The position numbers and the translations under genes are program-made. Positions 40,369 through 53,470 of a stretch of DNA of 64,000 bases are shown here, piece by piece. The stretch spans positions 29,700,001-29,764,000 of the forward strand of contig CM052816.1 of the NCBI GenBank assembly GCA_028534125.1. Direction: 5' to 3'. The notes under the pieces were generated by a model. It made no database searches. It was not told the origin of the DNA and saw nothing but the letters and a program-made list of their open reading frames with translations. How positions within the stretch are numbered: the stretch's first letter is position 1; each line of letters starts with the position of its first letter. This DNA comes from Lama glama. Lineage: Eukaryota.

Positions 40369-40389
40369 TATATATATCTATATATATAC

Positions 40390-40421
<32 letters not shown>

Positions 40422-40456
40422 GTGTGTGTGTGTGTGTGTGTGTGTTTGTATGTGTA
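40369..40456. repeat. Compound (TA)n(CA)n(TG)n microsatellite with a perfect central palindrome
   Basis: a(ca)10c|g(tg)10t at 40400-40443. Confidence 0.95.
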
Positions 40457-40534
40457 TCTCTGTGTTAGTATACTCTCACACCCACACGGACACACACTTT
40501 TCAGTTTATAATAAGAAATAATAGAGGAATAAAC

Positions 40535-41003
40535 TGTAAAGGAAAAGCTGGGCTGGTCTAACAAGATAACTCACAGGTCTAGGAATGTGAAGGAGAGGCT
40601 GGGCTGGGCTAACAAGATAACTCACAAGTCTAAGTATTGGAATACTGATATGAGTTCTGCTAGACTAACTTGTAAATCTATATAGGATAATTAGTGTTGG
40701 TTTGCTGTCCATGTTTTTTTGCTAGCCAGCTGGGTTTTCAAAGATATATATCTGGCTTTGGAATGTTGGTTTGCTGCCTCCCCACCTCCACTTTTGTGAT
40801 GATAATGCTGCTTAAGCTGTTCCATGCCTATGGGCCTAATACCCCAAGCTTGTACTTTACCCTATAAAACCTCACGCGCACGTCTTGGAGGTTCTCAGAG
40901 CTTCGGAGCAGAAGCCCCTCTGAGCCCGCCTGCGTAATACATCAGAGTACTCCAACCCTCCGAGTGGTGCTTGTTTCTTGACTGGCCTGTCGTTTCCGTA
41001 ACA
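40535..41003 (+). mobile_element. Solo ERV LTR, copy 2 (ERV1-like, 4 bp TSD)
   Basis: TG...CA termini, TSD AAAC at 40531-40534 and 41004-41007, TATAAAA near 40864, several retained CpGs. Confidence 0.9.
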
Positions 41004-41029
41004 AAACCATAAAATAAAAACCCCTATAG

Positions 41030-41370
41030 TCAATTCTCCGAAGTGAATTAATCACTTCGCTCCCACTCGAATTTATGAGACTTTCGTTTGCTCCATATCC
41101 TCCCCATTTGGTGGTGTTAGTCTTTTTTATTTTAATTGTTCTGATGAGTGAGGTGTTTTCACAGTGTGATTTTAATTTGCATTAACTCACGTTGGGTCCT
41201 GTTACATGCACCTATTTGCTATTTGTATATCCTCTTTTATGAAGCGTCTATTCACTCTTTGCCCACTGGGAGGGGGTTACTAGTCTTTTTATTTCTTTTT
41301 GGTAGGAATTCATACGTATGTTGAATGTATTTTCTTAGTCAGATACGTGTGTGACTATCTTCTTGCTTCT
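41030..41370 (-). mobile_element. Old L1 fragment
   Basis: gtgtgattttaatttgcatt...ctatttgtatatcctcttttatgaagcgtctattc. Confidence 0.6.
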
Positions 41371-41533
41371 ATTTAACAAAATAGTAACGAAAAGATATGT
41401 GTAGTAGATATTGATACATTTAATATTTATAAACTGGCAATTTGGGAAGGAAGTTATAGTAATTACTGTTTAAAACAGACCTTATAGTTTTAAACTTCAA
41501 AATTATATTCTATTATTCTGTTTTTGCTTTCAG

Positions 41534-41662
41534 GTGCAGTTAAAAACTAGCATTTCTAGTCAGTATGTAATTCGGACACAACCAACTAATAGGTGCCTTT
41601 CTACCCTGGAGTGTGCAGCTGTTGCTCTTTCTATCTTGGAGAAAAATAATTACATACAAGAG
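41534..41662 (+). CDS. DTWD2: DTWD2 (DTW domain tRNA-uridine aminocarboxypropyltransferase 2), penultimate coding exon
   Basis: Acceptor ttttgctttcag|GTG, donor GAG|gtatgt, 129 bp, phase 0. Translates to [43 protein letters not shown], containing the DTW-domain LSTLE motif; recognised as mammalian DTWD2. Confidence 0.95.
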
Positions 41663-42464
41663 GTATGTCTTTGGAAAGCTATGTAGTTTTTGAAAGTAGG
41701 AGTTTAGTTAGATTTTATCTAGAAAACTTAAAAATACAAGACTTGTTAAATTTGTAGCTCAAGTGACAAGTAGACTATATCTGTGATAGAAATTTGTTGT
41801 ACTTTTATAACCTTCCTTTCCCCTCTGGTGTTTTTCTATTAGTTTAGCATTCCAGATTGCATTATTTAAATATTCATTCTAAGCTGCGCAAACAACATTT
41901 GTAATATGCTAAATTGTTTTTAAGTAGCACATTAAATACAGTGTTTTTGGCTAGATTTTTCTTTCAATATTCTGTATTTTTGTTTCAGTATTTGTGTTCT
42001 CTTGTACTTGAATTTTTTCTTTTTAATTAAAAGAACATTTTAAAGCAACTTTTTTCCCCCCATTGGTGCTTTTATTTGAGGAGGTATACCAACTTCCTGT
42101 TTATCTTATTAACCGTGCTTAAAGTATAAAAAGATATAATTCTTTTGAGAAAAAAACCTGCAGAATATGAAAAGGTTGTAACCTGCAATCATCATTTTAT
42201 TTAATTTCCATGAAAGCCTGATGATTTCATATATAATTCATAATCATTAGTAAATAATAGTGTTTCGGTGAACTTACTAACATCTCAATCTTTTGGAACA
42301 TATAAGAAACTTTACACTTACGGCAGGAGAAAAAATAGCAAAATAAAACTTACATTGTTAGCCTTTTTTAATCACTGAAAAATTTTGATGAATGCAATTC
42401 AAGAAGAAAAGTCAGAGGATAATGAGCATAATTAAATGGAGTCTTATAGTTTCCTCCTCTAAAA

Positions 42465-42496
42465 CACGCACATACACACACACACACACACACACA
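42465..42496. repeat. (CA)n microsatellite
   Basis: Direct observation. Confidence 0.9.
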
Positions 42497-44869
42497 GAGG
42501 AGGTACTCTTTCCTGCCTTCTTTCTCTCTCTCTCATTTTACACCGTGGTTTCTACTATAAAAGTGTGCCAGATAAAAGCTCGGGTCAAGTAACTGGGTTA
42601 GTTACCAAGAAAATGAACAAAAGACCTCCAGAGCACGGAGAGTTAAAGAATGCCAGAAGCAGCACTGAATTGCCTTCTTCCTCTCTCCTCCCCTGAACCA
42701 TGGAATGTGTCAGAGTTGGAGACTTTCTGCTTTTGAAAGAAGGAGGCTTTCATGAGTAGGCTTTTTTTCATTGTTTATTTTGAGTATCTGTATGAATAGA
42801 CTTTGTTTTGGGTCTAGGCAATTTCTCTTTCTCTATTCTCTCTCCCTTGGGCGAAAAAAAAATTCTTGAGGGATTCTAAATCCCTCCTCCAGATGACCAG
42901 GGAGTGTTCTTACCTACTCCTATGGACCGTACCATCAACACAGCACTTAACACACCCCAATACTTGTCTTTCTGTTTTGTTTATTCACCATCATCTTTGT
43001 GTGCTGTTGAGCAGAAAACACTATTTTTAGGCGTCTTAAAGGAAAGATGAAACCCAGTGCTATTGCTTAAGCTTGCTTTCTGTATAGTCTCTGTATTTTC
43101 CTTTCTGTTGTAAAACTCTAGGATCAGCTAACATCAGACATAGGACCCATTGAAAGTTCAAATCTTAAGGGAAAAATATAATTTTATTTGGCTATAGAGT
43201 TAAATTTTCTCTCCTCCTTTTGGGTTATGAAAAGAATCTCCTATGTACTTATATTTCTTATTCCCACAATTGGAGTTGGGTCTTTACTGCAGTCCTAAAC
43301 AGAAGCGTTAGTGTTGCTAATGGTGGTGCTTTAATAGTAGTAGTTGTAGTATATTAGGGCTAGGGTTCGGGATAGGATTTTTACCACTATTACGAATGCT
43401 GCTACTGCTCCCCTCTTTCCAGTTTTATAAGATATATTATTCTGGTATTAATGTACTGTCACAGCAGGAAACTTAGCTTATGTGTTTAGTATAATACCTA
43501 ACAACAGGCAAAATTTAAGGTACAGAAGGGTGTCAGGACCTACCATTTCTTCAGCTTTTGTTATTATTTTCTGTAGATCAAGTTGAACATAAAATCCCAA
43601 AGCAATAGTGAGGTCCTAGAATTCTCATTCTGGTTTTCATTGGTCACCAGGAGTAGTCATAGTATAATGGCCAGCAGTAGAAAAAGGATGTTTTACAATC
43701 AAATGTGTGATTCGGGGGGTGCTGATAAGATGATCAGCAGAAGCATGGGCATTAGAAAAGCATTTAATGAAATATCCCAAGTTGCTGATGATTACACCTG
43801 GCAAACAATTAGCTTTCTTAGTGGGGGAACCCCAAGTCCCGCCTATTTAAATCTAGCTACAATAAAAAAAATTAGTATATTCCTCTGAGAAACACAATTA
43901 GCATCTGCTCTGAAGTAGGTGTTTTCTCTCTTTCCTGGGGAGGGGAGCTTTGACATGCCTTTTTTCCACCGAGAACCTTTCATTGGGAGCATCTTAATGA
44001 AGCCTTATGTTGGTAGGGGATGATGGTGGTAGATAGTAGTAATATTTCAGCTGGCTTCATCCTGTAGAGGTAGGGCTCCTCAAAATAAGGAACTTGTCAT
44101 AGAATAGCCTTCTTAGTCTGTTGATTCTTTCTTATCTTTTATTCTTGAATAGTTTTTCAAACACTTGGAAATAGCTTGATACAAGCTTTGAAGCAGGTTT
44201 GAATTAAAATTTCATCACTTATCATCATCAGTTTTTGCCAGTGGGCAATTCTTGTAATCTCTTTGTGTTTGTTTTCTTATCTGTAAAACCAAAAAAGTAG
44301 TCACCTCGTAATATTGTTGTGAGACTCGAATGGGATAATGTGTTTAGTTGCCTGACACAAGGCACTCAGGAAGGTTTCATCCCTCTGCCCTTCCTTGCCT
44401 CTCTGATTCTTGCCTATAGAATGACAGAAAATTGAACTGAAAGTTGGTGATTTTCATTCTGCTATTATAATATTTACCAGAGTTTTTCATACCTTAGAAG
44501 CCTTGAGCTTGGAATCTTTTTTTTTTAATTATTATAGAACCTTTTCCACTTACGAAGGTTTGCCTTATGAACTTTTATAATTAGATGTGGCAAAGCTCTA
44601 TGCCATAATCTAAATGCCTTAGCTCTACTCATCACTACTGGTTGGTAATAACTGTCTTTTGAAACTATCACTTTGCACTTGCAGACAAAAGTATTTACAG
44701 AACACTGATTTTCCCCCAAATAAACTTTTAGAAACTAACTTATTTTTCAAGTAGACCATTTTCTTTGTTCTTCTGAATCAGTACACCTTTGATATAGCTT
44801 CACATTGCCTCAGATATGCTTTATTAATGTATAGAGAAACATTATCATTTATTATCAATCAACTGATGT

Positions 44870-45430
44870 GCTGAACGCTTTAAGTGTATCATCTTAGTGC
44901 ACCATAATAATAACTTTATATAGTAGACATTGTATTCCTCATTTTACAGATGAAGAAAATGAGGCAGATTGAGGTTATATAACTTATCTGGAAACACATA
45001 GCTAGTAAGTGATTGCATTAGTCACTTAAAACTCCAAAATCAGAGTGGCATAAGCCAACAGAGGTTTATTCCTCTTTCACAATGTCTGTCCACTGGGGTT
45101 ACCAGGGGGAAGCTCTGCTAATTATATTCACTTAGGGATCCAGGCTCGTGAACATACCATCTAGGTACATCATTCTATTTTTTATCAAGGAAAGAATAAG
45201 GGGACGTGATGAATCATACACCAGAGGTGACACACATTATTCATGCTCACATTTCATTAACCAAGTCAAGTTATATGGCCATACCTAACTTCAGAGAGGG
45301 CTAGAAAATGCAGTCTGATCATGTACCATGAAAGAGGACTGGTGTATCTGTAAACAACCCTAGTGACTACCATAGAGATGGAGTGGGGATCTAATCCAGG
45401 TCTGTTTCTAAAATTCATCCTCTTGCTTCC
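44870..45430 (-). mobile_element. MIR interrupted by an MLT1-like LTR (about 45012-45370)
   Basis: cattttacagatgaagaaaatgaggc...acacatagctagtaagtg, then the LTR, then gagtggggatctaatccaggtctg. Confidence 0.65.
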
Positions 45431-45777
45431 AAAAATTGACAGAATCTTATCTTCAGGAGGTGAAAGTTGGAGGTCTATAACCATAGGAAGACTTATATTC
45501 TTCTATCTATGAAGAATCTAATTAATGTCATAAAATAGCAATAGAACCTTTAATTGTCTCAATCTGTATATGGTCCTAGGTAAGTTTCCTAGCTATGATG
45601 TTTCAGAATCCAATCACTTCCCTATGTTAACCCTTTAAAGTAACATATAGTCATTTTTATATTTCTTCTCTTGCTTGAAGAATTGAAGGTACTGAAAGAA
45701 AGTATGAGAACACACCTAAGGGACTTTCTACAACACTGTCAGAGCCTTTCCAAGATGTTTGTCTCTTTCTTATTGGT

Positions 45778-46262
45778 GTGTATCAGTTAGGAGTTACAAT
45801 GGGTTGCAGAGCCCTTACTGCAGTGATTGAACCATATAGGGTTTCTTTTTTCTGCAAATAAGAAATGCTGAAGTGAGCAGTCTGAAGCTAGGGATGCAGC
45901 TGAACAGGACATCAGGGACCCAGATTTCTTCTGTCTTTCTGTCCATCATTGTATGCATTTGGCTTTAATCTACATGTTTATTGCCCTGTAGTCACATAAT
46001 GGTTGTCTTACGTCTAACAATCACGTTCCAGGCAAAGAAGAAAAGGCAAAAGCCTGTACCTGCTAGGTCTGTTTGCTTTAAAGAATGTCTGTGGAAGCCC
46101 GACCCAAGGACTTCCGCTTACATCTTGTTGGATAAACTGTGTCTGTCGTTAATCAGTGTAATATTATTAGCTGGACACATTGCCACCTTAAATAAAATTT
46201 TGGTTTTTTTAATAAGGAAGAAAAGAATGGATATGGGGAAGTAGTTATTAGTGATGGCCACA
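45778..46262 (-). mobile_element. Old MLT1-like LTR
   Basis: tgtatcagttagg...catcagggacccagatttcttctgtctttct...ggacttccgcttacatc...gctggacacattgccacc. Confidence 0.6.
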
Positions 46263-47177
46263 ATTTTTGTAAGAGTTCATTATTCATTTACCCTGCTAAG
46301 CCATTTGGTACCACTTCTTTGGTGTATGTGAGAGAATACATTTTCACCTTGACATTGTCAAATTTTTGTAGTTAAATCTATCTTTTTCCTTTTATTATTT
46401 TTTTAAATCTGCATAATCAAGTTTTTGCTGCTGTTATTTAAAAGATTAAGATCAGTGGCCTTAGGCCCAAGGAAAGAATCTGACTCAAATATGTTTAAAA
46501 CACTGGCTTAGTGGGTTTTTCCCCTGAATTTTTGAATTTGATTAACTTTGGGAAGGACATATGCTCCAGTTGTCTTACTGCCTCTACCATTTTCTGTTAT
46601 CTTATGGGCCCACATGTTCATGTTATATGTTTGGCCCTATGATATTTGAATTTAGGCAGGTATGTATTAGTTAGAATTATTTCAAATGCACCAAAACCGA
46701 TATCTAAGTTGTATGTAGGCCAGGGACTAGTGTGAGAGAATTAGTAAACTGACTCATTGCTGCCATCATCTAATTGTTACCAAGCAGCGGGAAGCTTATA
46801 TTAGTCTACCACTAAAACGAACTAATCTATACCTAAACGTCTCTTTTATTCTGCTTGTTACAGATTGGTTATTACAATGGCAACAATTTTTGTAGTATTT
46901 GAATATATCAGTGTATAAAACTAAATTTAGACTGCCACCTATATGGAAAACTATTATTTGTGTCTTCTTACTGGAATTCTTTAGTGATGTGTATGGTATG
47001 AATTTAAAAAAATTATTCATTTAGAAGTTACCATGTATTTATTAGAGTATTTATTGCTTTTCATAGTTGAAAGCTAATGATAATAAAACATTATAATTCC
47101 TATTTCTGAAGGAAAAATTTAGATAGAATATCATGATTTGTCACAATTTTTTTAGTATCTTTTTTTTATTTTAACAG

Positions 47178-47348
47178 ACTTTGCTTCGCCCTCTTCAAGC
47201 TTTATGCTCTTTCCAGCTTCAGCATGGTGCCCAAATTCGCCTCAGCAAGGAACACCTTCTGAAAAATGGATTGTATCCTAAGCCAATGCCAAAGAACAAG
47301 CGCAAACTCAGGAAAATGGAACTGTTAATGAATAGTGTTAAAATCTAA
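47178..47348 (+). CDS. DTWD2: DTWD2 last coding exon, including the TAA stop
   Basis: Acceptor ttttattttaacag|ACT, in frame with the previous exon. Translates to [56 protein letters not shown]. Confidence 0.95.
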   Translation, partial: TLLRPLQALCSFQLQHGAQIRLSKEHLLKNGLYPKPMPKNKRKLRKMELLMNSVKI

Positions 47349-47456
47349 TACAATTGTTCTCATGGTGCTGGTTATGAAGTTTAAGCTGAAAATATCAAGT
47401 AAACTTTTTATACAGTTTAAGTCTGTGGGTTTTTGTCTAAAGGACGGGAGTTACAT

Positions 47457-47462
47457 AATAAA
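47457..47462 (+). promoter_or_regulatory. Candidate proximal polyadenylation signal (AATAAA) of DTWD2
   Basis: First AATAAA after the stop codon; actual use cannot be shown from sequence. Confidence 0.25.
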
Positions 47463-47917
47463 CTTACCCAGAAGAAAGAAGTAATCCAAATAGCCATAAA
47501 AGCAAACAAACAAAATTCCCTGACTTGGTAAATAGCGAGATTTCATACTGTATTTGTTTTTAAAATGTGCCTCTAATACATTTTTTTCAAATCAGTAACT
47601 TGAAATGTTACTAGTTGTTGAGCTGAGTTAGAAGTTCTTGTTTATATAATGAAATGGAAGGAAGTTGGTTTGCCTGATGGGGACAGTAATGTTCCCATTA
47701 ATGTTTATAAATAATTAGACCTATACTAGAGGATATCCACATCAGGTTGCAATCTTGTACATGAACTTTATAGTTTGAAATAAGTAACAAAAGAAAGTAA
47801 TAATCAAGTAATTTAGATTGAATATGTTTATTTCATAAGTATTCTTTAGGGAGTAAACTTGAACTCAACTAAAGTGATTTAAGTGTGTTATTAATATTAA
47901 TTGCCCTAATTTTTAAA

Positions 47918-49680
47918 ATTAAAGTATAATTGACATTATTTTCAAGTGTGCAACATAATGATTTGATATTTATATACATTGGAAAATGATCACTATAGTA
48001 AGTCTAGTTAACATCTGTCACAATACATAGTCACAACAATTTGTGTGTGTGATGAGAACTTTTGAGATTTATTCCCTTAACAACTTTAAAATATGCAGTA
48101 TAGTATTGCTAACTATAGTCACCATACTATACATTACATCTCCATGACTTACTTATTTTAAAACTAGAACCTTTTGACCCTCTTCACCCATTTCACTCCC
48201 ACCCTCACTTCCACCCTTGCCTCTGGCAAACATCAGTCTGTTCTCCTTATCTAAAAGCTTGCCTATAAGTTTGGTTTTTTTTCCCTTTTCCAGATTCCAC
48301 ATATACATGACATCATATGATATTTGTCTTTCTCTGTCTGACTTATTTCACTTAGCATAATACCCTCAAGATCCATCCATATTGTTGCAAATGGCAAAAT
48401 TTCATTATTTTCATGGCTGAATAATATTCCTTTATGTGTGTGTTTATGTATGTGTGTCACATTTTCTTTACCCATTCATTCATTGATGGACACTTGATTG
48501 TTTCCGTATCTTGGCTGTTGTAAATAATGCTGCAGAGAACATGGAGGTGCAGGTATCTTTTCGAGTTACTGTTTTCTTTGGATAAATACCCAGAAGTGGA
48601 ATCACAGGATCATATGGTAGTTCTATTTTAATTTTTGAGAAGCCTCCTTACTGTTTTCCATAGTGGCTGCCCAATTTATGTCCCCACCAAAAGCGCACAA
48701 GTGTTCTGTTTTCCTACATCCTCACTAGAACTTATTTGTTGTCTTTTTGACAGCCATTCTGACAGGTGTGAGGTGGTAACTCATTGTAGTTTTAACTGCA
48801 CTTCTCTGATGATTAGTGATGTTGAGCATCTTCTCATGTACGTGTTGGCCATCTATGTTTTCTCTGGAAAAATGTTAGATTCTCTGCCCATTTTTAAATT
48901 GGACTGTTTATTTATTTATTTATTTTTTTAATGTTTAATTGCAATAATACTTTATATATTTTGGATATAAATCACTTATTAGATATATGATTTGCAGATA
49001 TTTTCTCCCATTAAATAATATGCTTTTTCATTTTATTAATGGTTTCTTTTGCTGTGCAGAAGCTCTTCAGCTTGACGTAGTCCCACTTGTTTATTTTTAC
49101 TTTCATTGCCTGCCTTTGGTTTTGGTGTCACATTCACAAAATCGTCACCAGGAACTGTGTCATGGAGCTTATTGCCTATGTTTTCTTCTAGGAGTTTTAT
49201 GGTTTCAGGTATTACATTTTAAGTCTTTAATCCATTTTGAGTTGATTTTTGTGTATGGTGTAAGACAGTGTTCCAGTTTCCTTCTTTTGCGTGTGGCTTT
49301 ATGTGGTGCTTAGTTTTCCCAACATCATTTATAGAAGAGACTGTCTTTTCACCATTGAATATTTCTGCTTCCTTTGATAGATTAATTGACCATATAAATG
49401 TTGTTTTATTTCTAGACTCTCTATTTTGTTTTGTTGATCTATGTGTCTGTTTTTGTGCCACTGCCACACTGTTTTTAATTACTATAGTTTTGTAATATAG
49501 TTTGAAACCACAGGGCAGGATACCTCCAGCTTTGTTCTTCTTTCTCAAGATTGCATTGGCTATTCAGGGTCTCTTTTGGTTTCATACACATTTTAGGATT
49601 TTTTGTTGTTCTTCTGTGAAAAATGCCATTGGAATTTTGGTAGGTATGACATTGAATCTGTAGGTTGCCTTGGATAGAGT
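47918..49680 (-). mobile_element. 5'-truncated L1 (about 1.76 kb) downstream of the DTWD2 stop
   Basis: Flanking direct repeat cctaatttttaaa at 47905-47917 and 49681-49693; ORF2 remnant RKKNKAGGILPCGFKLYYK. Confidence 0.9.
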
Positions 49681-50566
49681 CCTAATTTTTAAAGAGGTGC
49701 ATGTAATTTTGAAATAGCACACATTTTTATTTGTACTTAGGTTGGATAAATTTAGACTTTTTAGTATTCATTGAACAAGTTTGACTGTGATAAACTAGTT
49801 ATACTGAAGTCTTCATATGGAAATAACTGTAGAATATAAGATAATTGTAATTTCAAGAACATATTTAAATCTTTTTAGTGGGCAAAAACTTTCAATTTGA
49901 GAGAATAAATTTTTTCCTACCCTCTTGGGAAAATATTTATGGAGATTTTATATAGAATAAGAGGCATATATGTAGTATATATTTATAGCTAACTCAAATC
50001 TACCGCAGTTATGTACACATTTTGGCAAGAAGAAAAGACTTTGTTTTTTTCTATATTTATGACTTCTAGAGTTTCCCATATCTAGTCTTAAGTTGTAAGG
50101 AAAAACTACATATTTGATTTAGAAGAAATATATATATGTGTGTGTGTGATATGTGAGCATACACCAATAGCTATTCCTGATCATTTTCTTCCTTATTTAT
50201 TTATTGTCAGCATGGATTAGATCCTTGTTAAAAGCTTTAATGCTAGTCATAATTAGAATGCAAATCAGTGGTTTGGGGAAGCGATGCAGAAAATATTTTA
50301 AAATATTGAAAGTTAGACTTCTATTGTTTACTCTTTTGGGGATTTAAAAACAAGTTAGCTTACTTGTGGTCTGAAACATCTAATATCAAATGATTAAGTA
50401 TAATAGAAAAGAAATAGTATACAATAATGTGTAATGTTTCTTAACAAATGGGTTAAATAATGTTGCAGTAAATTTTTTCCTTGTTAGAATTAAATTTCAC
50501 AAGTTTCCTTTATTTATTGTTAGTGCTTTTTTTTTGAAAAAGAAAATTCCTACATAAGACACCATT

Positions 50567-50618
50567 TCTTTTTTCTTTTTTCTTTTTCTTATTTAGTTAT
50601 AGTCGTTTTATAATGTTG
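50567..50618 (-). mobile_element. Ultra-short L1 3' terminus insertion
   Basis: T-rich tail plus tatttagttatagtcgttttataatgttg; TSD cataagacaccatt at 50553-50566 and 50619-50632. Confidence 0.85.
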
Positions 50619-51999
50619 CATAAGACACCATTGAAGTTTTCAAATTTTACTTCAATGTTTGTGTTTTTTTTAAGAATAGTTGCTACTATATTTTAAATAC
50701 ATCATTTGGGGGTATTTTTTGAATCCTTAAGAAAGCTTAAAATTTAGTGTTTTTGGAAATGTATAACATTTTTTTAAAGAAAGTGTATTGTAGTTTTCCG
50801 AATTACTTTATTGACCTCTTAAATTATTTTACTAATTAAAAAAATTTTTACTGACATTGTAACAAGATGGTTCCATTTAATTTTTTCTAGTAAATGGAGG
50901 TTTTTTAGTCACTTGCTCTCATTAAGCAGTTTTAAATTCATTTTAAAAACAATTATTATTAATATTTTTAGTTACTAAAATTTTTCAAAGTGTGTAGTAT
51001 TATGTGAGGATTTAACTTAATCTGGCTTTTAAAAGTTGTTACTTTTTTTTATTATATTAGTGGGCTTTTAAACTCAGGTGCTTTGTATTTGGTTGATTTG
51101 CCTGGACTAATTCCAGGTTTTATGGATTTGTAGCTGGTACTAGGCTTTACATGTATACTGTACAGTTTGAAGTGGGGTGGATTGTTTTGTGAATTGCTAT
51201 TCAAACCATGTAACTCAGAGGGAAGTGTTCCTTTGTACACAAAGTGACCGTGTGTTTAGTCGGCCTAATTGTGGTGGGTTAAAAATGACTGTGTAATGAA
51301 TGAGGTTATTTTGAGAGTCTTGTGCACATGTGAGTATAAAGGGTTGAGAACTACAGTATATGAACCAAGTCATAGCAGTTTTCACCAGCTTAGACTGCAA
51401 GATTTCTTAGGTGGGACATGAGAGTTATGCTAAGAAAAGTTATTTTCTCCCACTTTAAGACCCCAAACCCAGTTTTCCGTAGCTGTGACCATCACAATGT
51501 TAGGGTCTTTCCCACAAAATTTTGGAAAAGCAAGCTCCTCACCACCACCATTGTTAGTGAATTATGTGGAAAGCCCTTCTGTGTAGCTTCCTCAGTTTCT
51601 CCATCACATATTCCCATTTACTGCCTTAAATTGGCTGTTCAAAAATGTGGCCGTGTTATTAGAGAATCCTTTCCATTGAATGATGCTAAATTTGGGGGAG
51701 GTAAATTGTTGATCTTGGATACAACTTCATTGGTATGGAAGTAAATGTTACTGATGCTCTAACTAAAAAATTAGTTTTGACTTAATGAACTCAAAGTTTT
51801 ATACAATTGGACTTTTACTATGTAGATTTATTCCTTAAAAATAGGCATGAGTGGATATTTTTAGAGGTAACTAATAACTGTTTTAGTTACAGCGAGACTA
51901 TGCATCTGTGTTCCAAAACATAGCATAAATCACTACCTCTTAATTTGTTCAATCTAAATGTTATGTACTGCATTTGCTAGTGTATTCTCCCTCTTTTCT

Positions 52000-52230
52000 C
52001 TTTTTCCAGCTTTACTGAGGTATCTTACAATTGTAAGATATTTGAAGTGTAAAACATGATGATTTGATCTACATATACATTGTGAAGGGTTTGTTTCTTC
52101 CCCATCAAGTTAATTAACACATCCATCACTTCACAGATTTACCTTTTTTTTGGTGATAAAATTAAAGTTCTACCCTCTTAGCAAATTTCAGTTATACAGT
52201 TCAATGTGAATAAGCTGCAGTCACCATGCT
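52000..52230 (-). mobile_element. L1MA-like 3' end
   Basis: ccagctttactgaggtat...caagttaattaacacatccatcac...cttagcaaatttca. Confidence 0.75.
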
Positions 52231-53470
52231 CTTCCTCCATTCTTTTCACATTTCATTCTTCTTCCTAGGCTCCTGCTCTCCCTCTTTTATCACCCTCACT
52301 GTCCACTTTCCTCTTCTACTATCCTTATCCTGTGTACTGGTTTTTAAAAAACTTTTTACACATTATTTGCGTATTCTTGCATATTTTTCTTTATAAAAGA
52401 TCCTGTAGTGGTCTTAGTAGATTATAATTTTATGTTTAAAATTTGTGCAAGAAATCAGACAACACTCCATGACTTACCGTATGCTGATGACTTGGCTCCC
52501 TTAGTCTATTAAAAAAGACCTATTAAAGAAACAAGCAATTGTTGTTAGTCTTTAATAACTATTCATTTGAACTAACAATGTAAGAATTATATTTTTAAAG
52601 AAACTTTTTAGTGTAAGGAGTTAAAACTGAAGTAGTTATCTTTTGAGTAAGAAATTATGATTTACTGTTCTTGTTATTTAAAAGTATATTAAGGAATTAA
52701 AACTTTTTAAAAGTACATCTGCCTCAGAATTACTTTCATCACAGTTGTACTCTTCACTGATTTTGCATACTAAAAGCATTTACCCATTTCTGTCTCCAAA
52801 TATGCTGTTTATAAGGTGAAAAATCTCTTACTACATTTTTTGTATATATATGTAATTCTATGGAAAACATAGTTTATATGAAAAAGGCAATAATTTATAA
52901 TATGAAAGAATCATCATTTTACAAATATAATTATATTTTGGGGGCTTCATTAAAAGTTTTATTTCTAAAATTGCTTCTTTCTTCATAGAATCAATGAAGA
53001 AATATTTTTAAAAGTACATGAAAAACCTTGATTCTGGATCTAAAATGTAAGCTTGCCTTTTTACATCTCTGAATTATCTACAATTATAGAAATGAAACCA
53101 ATGTTTTAACATCATATTTTAATACTTACTTTTTAGTAATTCTCAGAACTCTTGCAAATTCAAATTCTGTATGGTAGACAATGACATATATTTTCACCAA
53201 TGACATATATAGTCTTCTATAAAAGAAAAATGTTCGTTTAGTGAATAAGGTAAACGTAAAAATTAGTAGAGAAAATACATATCTTTCAGGCAAAATACAT
53301 GAACAAATTGGCTATTCTCTTAATTTATAAAGTGTTCACTCAGTAGGTTAAAGTTGGAAAAATAGATTATGATGTCACTTTGATTTTTAATTTGTGCTAA
53401 TTGATTTCATTACTTTTAAGAGTACTGGTCTTCATTTTAGCTTACAGTTTGTTATAGTAATAGTTTTTAA

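Noticed and set aside
41039..41059. Hairpin cgaagtga-attaa-tcacttcg
   Set aside because: An 8 bp stem inside a decayed L1; expected by chance in 64 kb.
1..41533. Upstream DTWD2 exons, including the DTW-motif exon
   Set aside because: No matching exon recognised; they presumably lie 5' of the window, though the gap cannot be inspected.
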